Assembly (NCBI GenBank): GCA_937928755.1
Contig: CALEZI010000137.1
Span: forward strand, 8,068-72,067
DNA: 64,000 nt
Source of the DNA: an uncultured Rhodanobacteraceae bacterium
GTDB taxonomy: Bacteria; Pseudomonadota; Gammaproteobacteria; Xanthomonadales; SZUA-5
Direction of reading: 5' to 3'
Shown here: positions 46,709 to 55,779 of the stretch, piece by piece
How the letters are laid out: each line of letters opens with the position of its first letter
Position numbering within the stretch: position 1 is the first letter of the stretch
The notes under the pieces: model-generated
Databases searched by the model: none
What the model saw: the letters and a program-made list of their open reading frames with translations, nothing else
Told to the model about the DNA's origin: nothing
Made by a program: the position numbers and the translations under genes

Positions 46709-47030
46709 ACGCAAGCGCGCCAAGGACTCGATCATGGTGACCAACGCCATGACCGGCGAAACGCTGGGGCGAATCGGCAACTTGTCGGCCGACGGCATGA
46801 TGCTGATCACCCAGCAGTTGCTTCCGGAAGGGCGTCTGTATCAGCTCCAGTTTCTGCTGGACGATGCCCAGCGCCAGCGACGGCGCATGGAAGTCGGCAT
46901 TCAGTGCATGTGGAGCGATGCCGCACGCACCGAGCGCACCTTCTGGACCGGCTGTCGAATCATCGACATTGCGCCAGCGGAGCAGGCGATCCTCAGCGAC
47001 TGGGTCGGGCGCGCCACCGAATCGGCGTAA
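46689..47030 (+). CDS. PilZ domain-containing protein
   Basis: RRSERKR (RxxxR) and NLSADG (D/NxSxxG) c-di-GMP-binding motifs. 113 aa. ATG 46689 lies 20 nt inside the end of the DUF1631 gene. Confidence 0.75.
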   Translation: MPTRRSERKRAKDSIMVTNAMTGETLGRIGNLSADGMMLITQQLLPEGRLYQLQFLLDDAQRQRRRMEVGIQCMWSDAARTERTFWTGCRIIDIAPAEQAILSDWVGRATESA

Positions 47031-47086
47031 GCGGAGCCGCGGAAATCGAGCGCATCTGCAGAGCTGCGCGGCTGCCGGATGCTGGA

Positions 47087-48454
47087 TTATTCGGTGGGAC
47101 CGCCTTCTTCGCCGTCGTCGTATTCGTCGACCTGTTCGGTCGAACCTTCTTCGGGTGGCGACGTTGCCCCCTCGTCCATGCGTTCGGTCTCGACGGTCGG
47201 CGTCGGCACCAGCGCTGCGTCGCGGATGACCTGGGCTTCGGACGCTTCCTCGCCGACATGAAACGCCGCGTATCCCGGCAACACGACCTGGTTGAGGGCC
47301 ATGCCGAGCACGCGCCCGCGCACCGGGGCGACCAGTTCCGACACTTCGTCGCTGAGCGGATTGACCACCCGCCCGAGGCGTTGCCCCTGGCGGACCCGGT
47401 CGCCGAGCTTGACGTCGCTGAACAGCATGCCCGGTCGCATCGCGCGCACCCAGCGCGATTCATAGTAGATCGGCTGCGGTTCGCGCCACTGGCGCACCCG
47501 CTGGGTCATGCCGAGATTGTTCATCAGCGTTTCAATGGCGGTGACGCCGTGCTCGATCTCGACTGGCTCCAGGCGCACCGGCGCACCGAGTTCAAAGGTG
47601 ACGGCAGGAATCCCGGCATCGGTGGCTGCGCGACGCAGCATGCCGGGTGCGCCTGGCGTGTGCAGTACCGAGGTTGCGCCGAATCCACGCGTGAGCTCGA
47701 GCACGGTCGACAAGCGCAAGTCGCCGCGCACCTGCGGCAGGTTCGAACGGTCGAACGAGCCAGTGTGGAAATCGACCAGCGCGTCACAACGACGCACGAT
47801 GTTGACGAAGAAATCATGGGCGATGCGCGACGCACTGCTGCCATTGGGATTGCCCGGGAAGAAGCGATTGAGATCACGGCGGTCCGGCAGGTAGCGCGAT
47901 CCGCGCGAGAATCCCGCCAGATTCACGATCGGCACGCCGATCACGGTGCCCACCAGGTCCGACGCATCGAGTGCGCCAAGCACTCGGCGGATGACCTCGA
48001 CGCCATTCAGCTCATCGCCGTGGATGGCCCCGGTCAGACACAGGATCGGTCCGGGTTTGGCGCCGTGCACCACCGAAATCGGCACCTCCATCGAATCGCC
48101 GATGAAGGATGCGCCCGAGCGCCAGGGAACGCGTGCTCGCGATCCCGGTTGCACGCGCTGGTCGAGCAGCAAAAAAGCGGGATCCGGCGCGATCGTGATG
48201 TCTGTTGCGGCTGCCCCCTCCAGCGTGGCTTGATCGTCTTCGATCGGTGCGCTTGTTGGCGCGTCGCCGGTGGCGGAGGGATCGTCTGCAGCAGCGGCCT
48301 CGTCAGTTTCCGCAGCAGCGGCCTCGTCAGTTTCCGTCGCAACCGCCTGCGTCGATGCGGGGTCGGCCTCCGTCGATTCCAGTGCCTGACCAGCCGATGC
48401 GCAAATTGCCAGGCCGAGGCCGGTGATCAGGCCGCGGAACGACACTTTGCGCAT
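47087..48454 (-). CDS. succinylglutamate desuccinylase/aspartoacylase (M14-like zinc hydrolase) family protein, secreted
   Basis: Signal peptide MRKVSFRGLITGLGLAICASAG, acidic repeat linker (ETDEAAAA x2), GAIHGDELNG zinc-ligand motif. Confidence 0.75.
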   Translation of the reverse strand: MRKVSFRGLITGLGLAICASAGQALESTEADPASTQAVATETDEAAAAETDEAAAADDPSATGDAPTSAPIEDDQATLEGAAATDITIAPDPAFLLLDQRVQPGSRARVPWRSGASFIGDSMEVPISVVHGAKPGPILCLTGAIHGDELNGVEVIRRVLGALDASDLVGTVIGVPIVNLAGFSRGSRYLPDRRDLNRFFPGNPNGSSASRIAHDFFVNIVRRCDALVDFHTGSFDRSNLPQVRGDLRLSTVLELTRGFGATSVLHTPGAPGMLRRAATDAGIPAVTFELGAPVRLEPVEIEHGVTAIETLMNNLGMTQRVRQWREPQPIYYESRWVRAMRPGMLFSDVKLGDRVRQGQRLGRVVNPLSDEVSELVAPVRGRVLGMALNQVVLPGYAAFHVGEEASEAQVIRDAALVPTPTVETERMDEGATSPPEEGSTEQVDEYDDGEEGGPTE

Positions 48455-48927
48455 AGTCCATAAACCTCAACGATATGGCGCTGCGGCTTGAAGCCCTGTT
48501 GCAGGGCTTGATCGCGCAGACGGTCGGCAATGTCGGCGCTGTCGAGCTCCATCGTCTCGTGGCACTGCTCGCAGATCAGGAACTGGCTGCCATGCGCTTC
48601 GACTTCCGGGTGCGGGCAGGGCACGTAGGCGTTCAGCGTCTCCAGTCGGTGCACGAAACCGTGGGTCATCAGGAAATCGAGTGCGCGGTAAACCGTTGGC
48701 GGGGCTGCCGGCCCAGAACCCTGCTTGCGCACTTTTTCGAGCAGGTCGTACGCCTTGACCGGGCGCGAACTGTCGGCCACCAGTTCGAATACCCGGCGTC
48801 GCAGCTCGGTCAGGCGCAAACCGCGCTCGGCGCAGGCGAACTCCAGTCGCCCGACCAGATCGCTGCTGGCATGACGGTGTTCCGGGTGGGAGCAATGCAT
48901 TGCGGACTTGCCGGTGGCCGCGATCAT
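48427..48927 (-). CDS. zur: Fur family transcriptional regulator (Zur-like)
   Basis: Winged-helix region (RVFELVADSSRPVKAYDLLEKV...PPTVYRALDFL), metal sites HGFVHRLE, CPHP...H, CEQCH...CAKC. Start at 48927 or 48900. The 3' end overlaps the next gene by 28 nt. Confidence 0.8.
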   Translation of the reverse strand: MIAATGKSAMHCSHPEHRHASSDLVGRLEFACAERGLRLTELRRRVFELVADSSRPVKAYDLLEKVRKQGSGPAAPPTVYRALDFLMTHGFVHRLETLNAYVPCPHPEVEAHGSQFLICEQCHETMELDSADIADRLRDQALQQGFKPQRHIVEVYGLCAKCRSAA

Positions 48928-49176
48928 GACGCGTCGGCACAGTCTAGCTTGCATCGGACAGCGGCTGTCATCGCGGCTGGGACTTTGGTCCCATGCGGCG
49001 TTCAACCAACCTGAACCCCGGTTAAGGATACAATGCGAAAAGCGCTGTGGTATCGTTCATCGGCGAATAACGAATCGTGGTAATAGCGCATACTTGGGTT
49101 TCCAGAATGTACCGCGTCCGATCGCGGAGTGGCATTGGAATGCTCTGGCTGGATTGACGACAATTGGAGAGTTGAC

Positions 49177-50154
49177 ATGAAAAAGACGCTTTTGTGCGCC
49201 GCCTTGGCGGTGACAGTAGCCCTGCCGCTGGCTGCCTCCGCAGCACCGCGTGAAGAGGGTCAGTGGTACATCTCGCCGAAGCTGGGTTACGGCTGGGCCG
49301 ATGCGGATCGCTTGTCCGACAATGGCGTGCACGCGGCCCTCGGATTCGGTTACGTGTTCAAGCAGAACTGGACCATCGAAGGCGAAGTCGGCTACAGCCA
49401 GTTCGATGAGGATGCTGGCGAAGGTGAGCCGTTGGAGTGGGACCAGTTGTCGTTCGCAGCGTCGGTGCGCTACTTGCACGACATGGGCAACGCGCATCCG
49501 TATTTCGGTATTGCGTTCGGTTGGGCCCAGAATGAAGTCGACAATGGGCCGGATGACGGCGGATACCACATCGGCCCGATCGTCGGTTTCGAGTGGGACA
49601 TGACCGATTCCGGCGCCTTCCGTTTCGAAGTCGGCCACAAGTATTCCGATTTCGACGACAGCGGTTTCGGCACCGGCTTCTGGGATACCACGGTGACGTT
49701 CGGCTTCTCGCATTACTTCGGCGCCAAGCCGGCACCGGCACCGGCACCGGCCCCCGTCGCGCCGCCGCCGCCGCCGCCGCCGGCTCCGCCGCCAGAGCCA
49801 GTGTCGCCGCCGCTGCCGGTGTCGATCACGCTGAACGGCGTCAACTTCGACTTCGACAAGTGCACGCTGCGTGCCGATGCGATCGCCATCCTCGACGAAG
49901 CCGTCCGCGTGCTGAACGGCAACGACATCCGCGTCGAAGTCGCTGGCCACACCGATGCGGTCGGTTCCGACGAGTACAATCAGAAGCTGTCCGAGTGCCG
50001 CGCCAAGGTGGTCGGTGATTACCTCACCGGCAACGGCGTTTCCGGTGCCAAGATTTCGGCAGTCAATGGTTACGGCGAGTCGCGTCCGATCGACACCAAC
50101 GACACGGCCGAAGGCCGCGCTCGCAATCGTCGCACCGATCTGAACGTGCAGTAA
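49177..50154 (+). CDS. OmpA family outer-membrane protein
   Basis: Signal peptide MKKTLLCAALAVTVALPLAASA, beta-barrel-like N-domain, APAPAP/PPPPPPP hinge, OmpA_C domain (NFDFDKCTLR...VAGHTDAVGSDEYNQKLSECRA...NRRTDL). Confidence 0.85.
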   Translation: MKKTLLCAALAVTVALPLAASAAPREEGQWYISPKLGYGWADADRLSDNGVHAALGFGYVFKQNWTIEGEVGYSQFDEDAGEGEPLEWDQLSFAASVRYLHDMGNAHPYFGIAFGWAQNEVDNGPDDGGYHIGPIVGFEWDMTDSGAFRFEVGHKYSDFDDSGFGTGFWDTTVTFGFSHYFGAKPAPAPAPAPVAPPPPPPPAPPPEPVSPPLPVSITLNGVNFDFDKCTLRADAIAILDEAVRVLNGNDIRVEVAGHTDAVGSDEYNQKLSECRAKVVGDYLTGNGVSGAKISAVNGYGESRPIDTNDTAEGRARNRRTDLNVQ

Positions 50155-50183
50155 TCGTTCCAGATAGCTGCACCGCGACAACG

Positions 50184-50208
50184 GAAGCCCGGCCCAGCGC
50201 CGGGCTTC
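50184..50208 (+). terminator. terminator hairpin after the ompA-family gene
   Basis: gaagcccggc-ccagc-gccgggcttc 10-bp stem, extended by outer cagatagc/gctatctg pairing. Weak U-tract. Confidence 0.55.
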
Positions 50209-50249
50209 TGCTATCTGCAGCGCGAAAAATTTTTGCAGTGCAAAAAGCG

Positions 50250-50609
50250 CTACGAATCGAGCGCCGGCCCCTGCCAATCCAGCGGCGTCAACGCTGGCAA
50301 GCCGTGGCGTGCGCGCGCCCGGTCGCACTGTGGGCTCGGCGTGCCGTCCTCCCATGCTGCCTGCAGCTCGCGACAGGGTGTCGGACGATTTGCGTAGATC
50401 CGGCAGCGGGTGTCGTCGCCAACGGTCCCTGCAAGGGCCACGCAGCGCAAGTTGACCGCATCATCCACGCGCATCGCCACGCGCATCGGATCCAGCCGGG
50501 TCACCAGCGCCGCGTCGATGCCGCGTCCGTCCGCTTCCGACCAGTACATGGCGACTCGGAACGCCGCGCAGCAGGCGCCACAACTGAGGCAGGGATGCAC
50601 GCTACTCAT
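50250..50609 (-). CDS. YkgJ family cysteine-cluster protein
   Basis: CLSCGACCAAFRV ... CVALAG...RCRIYANRPTPCREL. Internal ATG 50609. Confidence 0.75.
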   Translation of the reverse strand: MSSVHPCLSCGACCAAFRVAMYWSEADGRGIDAALVTRLDPMRVAMRVDDAVNLRCVALAGTVGDDTRCRIYANRPTPCRELQAAWEDGTPSPQCDRARARHGLPALTPLDWQGPALDS

Positions 50610-50734
50610 GCGATTGCGATCGTCCAGCGGCGAGCCCTGTACCAACGGCCAAGGGCGGAACCAAAGACGGCAAGCTTACACTCGCGTCAGCGCCGCGGGG
50701 CCCCCGCGGTCCGTTCCGCACCGGGGAGGGTGAC

Positions 50735-51433
50735 ATGAACGCAAGAGTTGCGGTGGCGATCGTGATGCTGGTGGGCGGCGCCGCAGGCGCGGTCGGCCAT
50801 GCAGCATGTGTCGACAATGTGGTGCTGGTGCATGGCAATGCCGGCAAGCCGGCGGATTTTGACAACACCTACAACGCGCTGCTGGCGCGCGGATACAGCG
50901 CCAGTCAGATCTTCCGGCCGAACTGGGGCAGCAAGACCTGCGCCGCGTGCAACGATCATTTCGGCAGCGAGGAGACCCCGGTAGCGAACGCGTTGACGTC
51001 GGCACGCGCGAGTTCGTGCACCGGCAAGATCGACGTGCTGGGGCATTCGATGGGGGCCACGCTGGCCGCGCGCCAGATCAGCAAACTCGGGCTGGCCGCA
51101 TCGGTGCACACCTTTGTCGGCATCGCCGGCGCCTTCCGCGGTCTTTGGAGCTGCGGTACCTACCCGTTCAATGTGATCACCAGCACTTGCGGCGCGTGGG
51201 GATTGTCGGTGAACAATCCTTTCGTCAACGGCCTGCAGGGCCAGGCCTTCGCGTCACGCAGCTATTCGATCAAGTCCTGGAGCGATCAGATTGTCTGTTC
51301 GACCGGCTTCTGCACCGTCGGTGGTGTGCACTCGTCCAGCGTGCCCAATGAAACCGGAACCTACACTTTTGCGCTCGGGCACTTCGGCCTGCTGACCAGC
51401 ACCGCAAGCACCCAGGTGAACCTGATCCAGTAG
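50735..51433 (+). CDS. secreted alpha/beta hydrolase (class 2 / Bacillus LipA-like lipase)
   Basis: Signal peptide, VVLVHGNAGKPADF oxyanion region, GHSMGA nucleophile elbow, small size (232 aa), several Cys pairs. Confidence 0.65.
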   Translation: MNARVAVAIVMLVGGAAGAVGHAACVDNVVLVHGNAGKPADFDNTYNALLARGYSASQIFRPNWGSKTCAACNDHFGSEETPVANALTSARASSCTGKIDVLGHSMGATLAARQISKLGLAASVHTFVGIAGAFRGLWSCGTYPFNVITSTCGAWGLSVNNPFVNGLQGQAFASRSYSIKSWSDQIVCSTGFCTVGGVHSSSVPNETGTYTFALGHFGLLTSTASTQVNLIQ

Positions 51434-51549
51434 GTCAGCGCCGGCTCAGGATCCGGTGAGATCGATGGCGGATTCCGCTGCGCGGGATCCGCCCTACCGG
51501 TCCTCGTAGCGCGAAACCTTCGCCACCGGCGAAGATTCCGCCGCCGAAT

Positions 51550-52014
51550 CTAGCCCGACTCGACCTTCTGCTCGTCGATCAGCGTGCGCAGCTTGACCCG
51601 ACCGTCCTCGATCCACTGGCCGACGCGCGAGCGATAGCGGCCGCAGTCGGAAATCTGGATGAGTTCGTACAGCCAGGCGTTTGGCGTGTCCTGTCGCGCC
51701 CAGTAAAGCATCAAGGTGCGCCGGTGCGGGTCCTCGTTGACCTCGACCGCCCAACCCGAGGTCGCAGCGTTGCCCCAAAACAGTCGCCCGTCGCGCCAGA
51801 TCGCGGGAAAGTCGCGAGTCTCGGCGCGCCCGTCGGCCCAGCAGTAAATGCTGGTCTGATGGTACGGGTAGGGGCCGTCGACGGGAAAACGACAGATCAG
51901 TCGCGAGGCGTGCTCATCGACCAACGCGCCGTCGCCATCGAAATAGCGGTAGTGGCCTTCCCAGACGCCCTCGTGGCGCGCCAGCAGCGGCATCGCCAGC
52001 TTCAGATCGATCAT
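51550..52014 (-). CDS. hypothetical protein (DUF3598/lipocalin-like?)
   Basis: AAGGAG Shine-Dalgarno 7 nt before ATG 52014. HEGVWEGHYRYFDGDGALVDEH... pattern. Family recall is weak. Confidence 0.45.
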   Translation of the reverse strand: MIDLKLAMPLLARHEGVWEGHYRYFDGDGALVDEHASRLICRFPVDGPYPYHQTSIYCWADGRAETRDFPAIWRDGRLFWGNAATSGWAVEVNEDPHRRTLMLYWARQDTPNAWLYELIQISDCGRYRSRVGQWIEDGRVKLRTLIDEQKVESG

Positions 52015-52229
52015 GCCAGTGCTCCTTTCGAGGCATCGAAACGCAGGAACTGCCCGAGAGCCTACTCCCGTCCCCGCCTCGGTGACATTGACCGGCATCA
52101 GGAACGACCGGCACGCGCGCCGGCCCTTGGATGACGGGTGCTTGCTGCCACGCAGGCTCGTTGGTTGAACACTTTCGCGCACTCAGGCAGGCTTGTTGCG
52201 CTGCAGCATATGCGGCGACATTTCACCTC

Positions 52230-53204
52230 ATGAACGAGCGCACCATGGACCACCCTGAGCACGACGCCTCGACGCGGCACGACAAGTACCTGCGTCTGAT
52301 CGCCCATTGCGCCAGGCTGCCGGACGTGGCGTGCGCGGTGGTGCATCCGTGCAATGCAAGTTCGCTGCTGGGTGCCGTTCGTTCCGGCGAGATCGGGTTG
52401 ATTCGGCCGATCCTGGTCGGGCCGCGGTCACGTATCGAGGCGGCCGCGCGCGAGGCCGCGGTGGATATCTCCGCGCTGGAACTGGTGGACACACCGCACA
52501 GCCAGGCATCCGCCGAGAGAGCCGTGAAGCTGGTGCACGAAGGCCGCGTCAAGATGCTGCTGAAGGGCAGTATCGAAACCAATGAACTGCTGAGCGTGGT
52601 GGTATCGCGCGAGTCCGGGCTGCGCACCGGGCGCCGCATCAGCCATTGTTTCGTCATGGATGTGCCGCTGCTGGACCGCGTGCTGATCATCTCCGACGCC
52701 GGCGTCAACATCTTTCCGACGCTGGAACACAAGGCCGACATCGTGCAGAACGCCATTGACCTGGCGCGCGCGCTCGGCAATGCGCAGCCCAAGGTGGCGA
52801 TCCTGTCGGCGACCGAGTCGGTCAATCCGAAGATGCAGTCGACGCTGGACGCCGCAGCGCTGTGCAAAATGGCGGACCGCGGCCAGATCGTCGGCGGCAT
52901 CCTCGATGGCCCGCTGGCGCTGGACAACGCGGTCGACCTCGCGGCGGCGCGGGTCAAGAACATCATTTCGCCGGTTGCCGGCTGCGCCGACATCCTGATC
53001 GCTCCCGACCTCGAGGCCGGCAACATGCTGGCCAAGAGCCTGAGTTTCCTGGCGCATGCCGACGCGGCGGGCATCGTGCTCGGTGCCCGCGTGCCGGTGG
53101 TGTTGACCAGTCGTGCCGATTCGATGGAGACGCGCCTGGCCTCGGCGGCGATCGCCGTGTTGCTGGTGCACGGTGCCAGGGTCGGCAACCGGCCTGGCCA
53201 CTGA
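52230..53204 (+). CDS. phosphate acetyl/butyryl transferase family protein
   Basis: PTA_PTB blocks LLKGSIETNELL, SDAGVNIFPT, ILDGPLALDNAV, APDLEAGNMLAKSL, TSRADS. Start at 52230 or 52245. Confidence 0.75.
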   Translation: MNERTMDHPEHDASTRHDKYLRLIAHCARLPDVACAVVHPCNASSLLGAVRSGEIGLIRPILVGPRSRIEAAAREAAVDISALELVDTPHSQASAERAVKLVHEGRVKMLLKGSIETNELLSVVVSRESGLRTGRRISHCFVMDVPLLDRVLIISDAGVNIFPTLEHKADIVQNAIDLARALGNAQPKVAILSATESVNPKMQSTLDAAALCKMADRGQIVGGILDGPLALDNAVDLAAARVKNIISPVAGCADILIAPDLEAGNMLAKSLSFLAHADAAGIVLGARVPVVLTSRADSMETRLASAAIAVLLVHGARVGNRPGH

Positions 53205-53286
53205 ACGCCCGGACCTCCGACACTGTACCTGGGCGTCGACGACGGGCAAGATGACGCGTGGCCCGCTTTTCCCGGTGCAGACCCAG

Positions 53287-54390
53287 ATGAGAAGAGTCCT
53301 GATTGTCGCCACGGCGATCGTGCTCGCCGCACTCGCCGCCATCGCGCTCTGGCAGGCGCAAACGCCACTTCCGGTTGCCGGCAGCAACCCCGTGGAGGTG
53401 TCGGATGCCGTCGCCGTGGTGAACACGGGCGCTGCAGACGCTGAACCAGGGCCGGACGCTGTCTCGCGGCCGGCGGTCGTTGTCGAGCGTCCCCGAAGCA
53501 ACGCCAGTCGTGCGTCCGGCATGGCCACCCAGGTTGTCGATTTGCCGTCGGATGACTTGCCGCTGCGCGAAACCGCCGCAGCGCTGCTCGAAGCGCACCG
53601 CGTCGGTCACCTGCCGGCGACCCGGCGTTTGCTCAGGGAACTGACCGACTGCCAGCGTTTCCGCTGGGCCAGTCTGCGCATGGACATGATCATCGCCTTC
53701 GAAGACTCTCCGCGTGGCGGCCGCGGCGGCACGCGCATGCAGGAGGCAATGACGTCGGCGGCGGAACTGGTATCCAGGCTGGGCGAGCACTGCGCCGAGC
53801 TGCCGGATGACTTCGACGAAGCCCTGCTGTTCGAGGTGCAGCGTCGCGCCGCCGACGCCGGGGACCTTGCCGGCCAGCTCGGTTTTGCGCTGGTGCCGGC
53901 GCTGTCGTTGAACAAGTCCTTGCTGCAAATGGATCGGCTGGAGGTCTACAAGGAACAGGCGCCGCAGTACCTGCAACGTGCGCTGGAGCAGGGCAGTGGT
54001 CAGGCCGTGGCCGGTTTCATGGATGCCTACGAGCACTATTTCGAGGGTTGGCGCGGTCACGCCGGACGCGGCACCGAGATGCAGAACCAGGCCATTCGCA
54101 AGATGATGGATGCGGTACGGCCGTTGAACCCGCTGCAGCAGGTGCTCGGCGAGGATCTGGTCAAGGCCTGGACCTACGCGACCTTGTGCAAGAGCGTCTG
54201 CAACGGCACCGATCAGGCGCGTGCGGAGGCCGCGCTGGCGCGGCTGCAGGTGGCACTGGATCCGAAGCAGCGAAGCCTGGCCGAAGACGCTGCTGCCGCC
54301 TTGTACGACGCGCACTTTGGCCCGCGCCCGCGCCCCGAAGATATCGATCTCGAAGCATTGCGCGATGCGGTCCTGGGGTTCCGGCGCTGA
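53287..54390 (+). CDS. hypothetical membrane-anchored protein
   Basis: N-terminal TM (RRVLIVATAIVLAALAAIALW) followed by a helical soluble region. Coding-like composition. No family recognised. Confidence 0.4.
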   Translation: MRRVLIVATAIVLAALAAIALWQAQTPLPVAGSNPVEVSDAVAVVNTGAADAEPGPDAVSRPAVVVERPRSNASRASGMATQVVDLPSDDLPLRETAAALLEAHRVGHLPATRRLLRELTDCQRFRWASLRMDMIIAFEDSPRGGRGGTRMQEAMTSAAELVSRLGEHCAELPDDFDEALLFEVQRRAADAGDLAGQLGFALVPALSLNKSLLQMDRLEVYKEQAPQYLQRALEQGSGQAVAGFMDAYEHYFEGWRGHAGRGTEMQNQAIRKMMDAVRPLNPLQQVLGEDLVKAWTYATLCKSVCNGTDQARAEAALARLQVALDPKQRSLAEDAAAALYDAHFGPRPRPEDIDLEALRDAVLGFRR

Positions 54391-54399
54391 TCTGCTGGC

Positions 54400-54472
54400 G
54401 TGGGAGCGACCTTGCGTCGCGAGCGGGTTCTGCCGTGGCGCATCCGGGAAAGGCTCGCGACGCAGAGTCGTT
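54400..54472. repeat. inverted pair of GGGAGCGACC..GCGTCGCGAGC REP-like units
   Basis: gggagcgaccttgcgtcgcgagc ... gctcgcgacgcagagtcg, between convergent genes. Confidence 0.5.
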
Positions 54473-54527
54473 CAGCGCAACTGCGTTGGCGTCGACCACA
54501 CAGCCACCGGCCGCGGCCAGTCGCGCT

Positions 54528-55508
54528 TCACGCCTCCACTGCGACCATTGCCGCAGCGGCCAGCGCGCCGCCGCAACTGGAGCCTTGCCCGGCGGTACAG
54601 CCGAAACAATGGCCGGCCACTGCGATCTTGCGCGGCAGCGGTGCATCCAGCAACTCGCGCAGATGCACCTCGCGAGCGCCGTCGCCGGGCGGCAGCTTCA
54701 GCATCTGATTGAAGTCGCAGTCGTAGAGGTAACCGCGGTAGTCGACGCTGATCAGACTGCGGCACATCACGTTGGCCAGGTTCTCGTCGCGATGGGCGGC
54801 CACCAGTGTGTCCAGATAGCTGTCGAACTTGCCTTTCGAGATCAGCCACGAACCAAAACGCTGGATCGGCATGTTGGCCAGCGCATACAACTGGTTGAAA
54901 ACGATGCCGAAATTGTCGTGCAGCAGACGCTTGTAATCGGCCTGGAGCTGGCTCTGCGAGGGTGGCAGAAAGGCACCGTTCGGGTTGTACACGAGGTTCA
55001 GCGGCAGATCGTCCCGGTGCCCGTAGCCGAGCGCATTGAGCTTGCGCAGGGCGACGATGGAGGCCTCGAACACGCCGTTGCCACGCTGCTCGTCGACATT
55101 AGCCTGGCTGTAGCAGGGCAATGAAGCGATCAGTTCGACGCGGTTGGCGGCGAGGAACTCCGCCACCCATTCGTAGCCGGGCTCCTCGACGATGGTCGGG
55201 TTGAGCCGGTCCATCACCTGGATGCCCTGGGCGACGGCGCTCTCGACCAGCCAGCGGAAGTGCGGGTTCATCTCCGGCGAGCCGCCGGTCAGGTCGAGCT
55301 TGCGCACGCCGAGTTTGGCGGCAACCGCCAGCGCCAGGGCCATGACCTGGCGGTCCATCAGTTCGGTGCGCCTTGGGCCGGCATTGACGTGGCAGTGAAT
55401 GCAGCTGATGTTGCACAGATAACCGAGGTTCAACTGCAAGGTGTCGATGCGATCGCGTTCGATCGCCGGGAATCGGTGTGCCTGCAGGCGCGGCCAGGTG
55501 TCGTGCAT
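54528..55508 (-). CDS. arsS: radical SAM / Cys-rich domain protein (ArsS-type)
   Basis: CNISCIHC radical-SAM cluster motif, LDLTGGSPEMNP, and C-terminal GHCFGCTAGQGSSCGG Cys-rich tail typical of this family. Confidence 0.75.
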   Translation of the reverse strand: MHDTWPRLQAHRFPAIERDRIDTLQLNLGYLCNISCIHCHVNAGPRRTELMDRQVMALALAVAAKLGVRKLDLTGGSPEMNPHFRWLVESAVAQGIQVMDRLNPTIVEEPGYEWVAEFLAANRVELIASLPCYSQANVDEQRGNGVFEASIVALRKLNALGYGHRDDLPLNLVYNPNGAFLPPSQSQLQADYKRLLHDNFGIVFNQLYALANMPIQRFGSWLISKGKFDSYLDTLVAAHRDENLANVMCRSLISVDYRGYLYDCDFNQMLKLPPGDGAREVHLRELLDAPLPRKIAVAGHCFGCTAGQGSSCGGALAAAAMVAVEA

Positions 55509-55779
55509 GGGTGACCTCGGTCAGCAGCGGTTGTGGGTGGGAACCATGATCGCCACGACTGGCGCGCAGTCGAACCGGCGGAATTGCACCGATCTGTCGC
55601 CAGGCGGAAGTGCGGCGGGTGATGGTCGCTGCTCGATCGCCGCGTCCAGCGTTCGCGGCGCTCGTCGATCGGCGTTCAGCCGACTTGATCCAGCGCAAAC
55701 TGCGCCCATGATAACTTTGACGGACCTGATGCGGCGCGTCGGGTGTGGTTTTTAGCGGTTGAGGTCAGGAGCAGCGAGC

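Noticed and set aside
48289-48336. 24-bp direct repeat x2, and the Pro/Ala run at about 49735-49800
   Set aside because: Both are in-frame low-complexity linkers (ETDEAAAA x2 in the zinc hydrolase; the APAPAP/PPPPPPP hinge of the OmpA-family protein), not independent DNA elements.
52223-54315. Minus-strand ORFs 52223..53368, 52428..53528 and 52963..54315
   Set aside because: Shadows of the PTA-family gene and the hypothetical membrane-anchored gene. Low-complexity translations.
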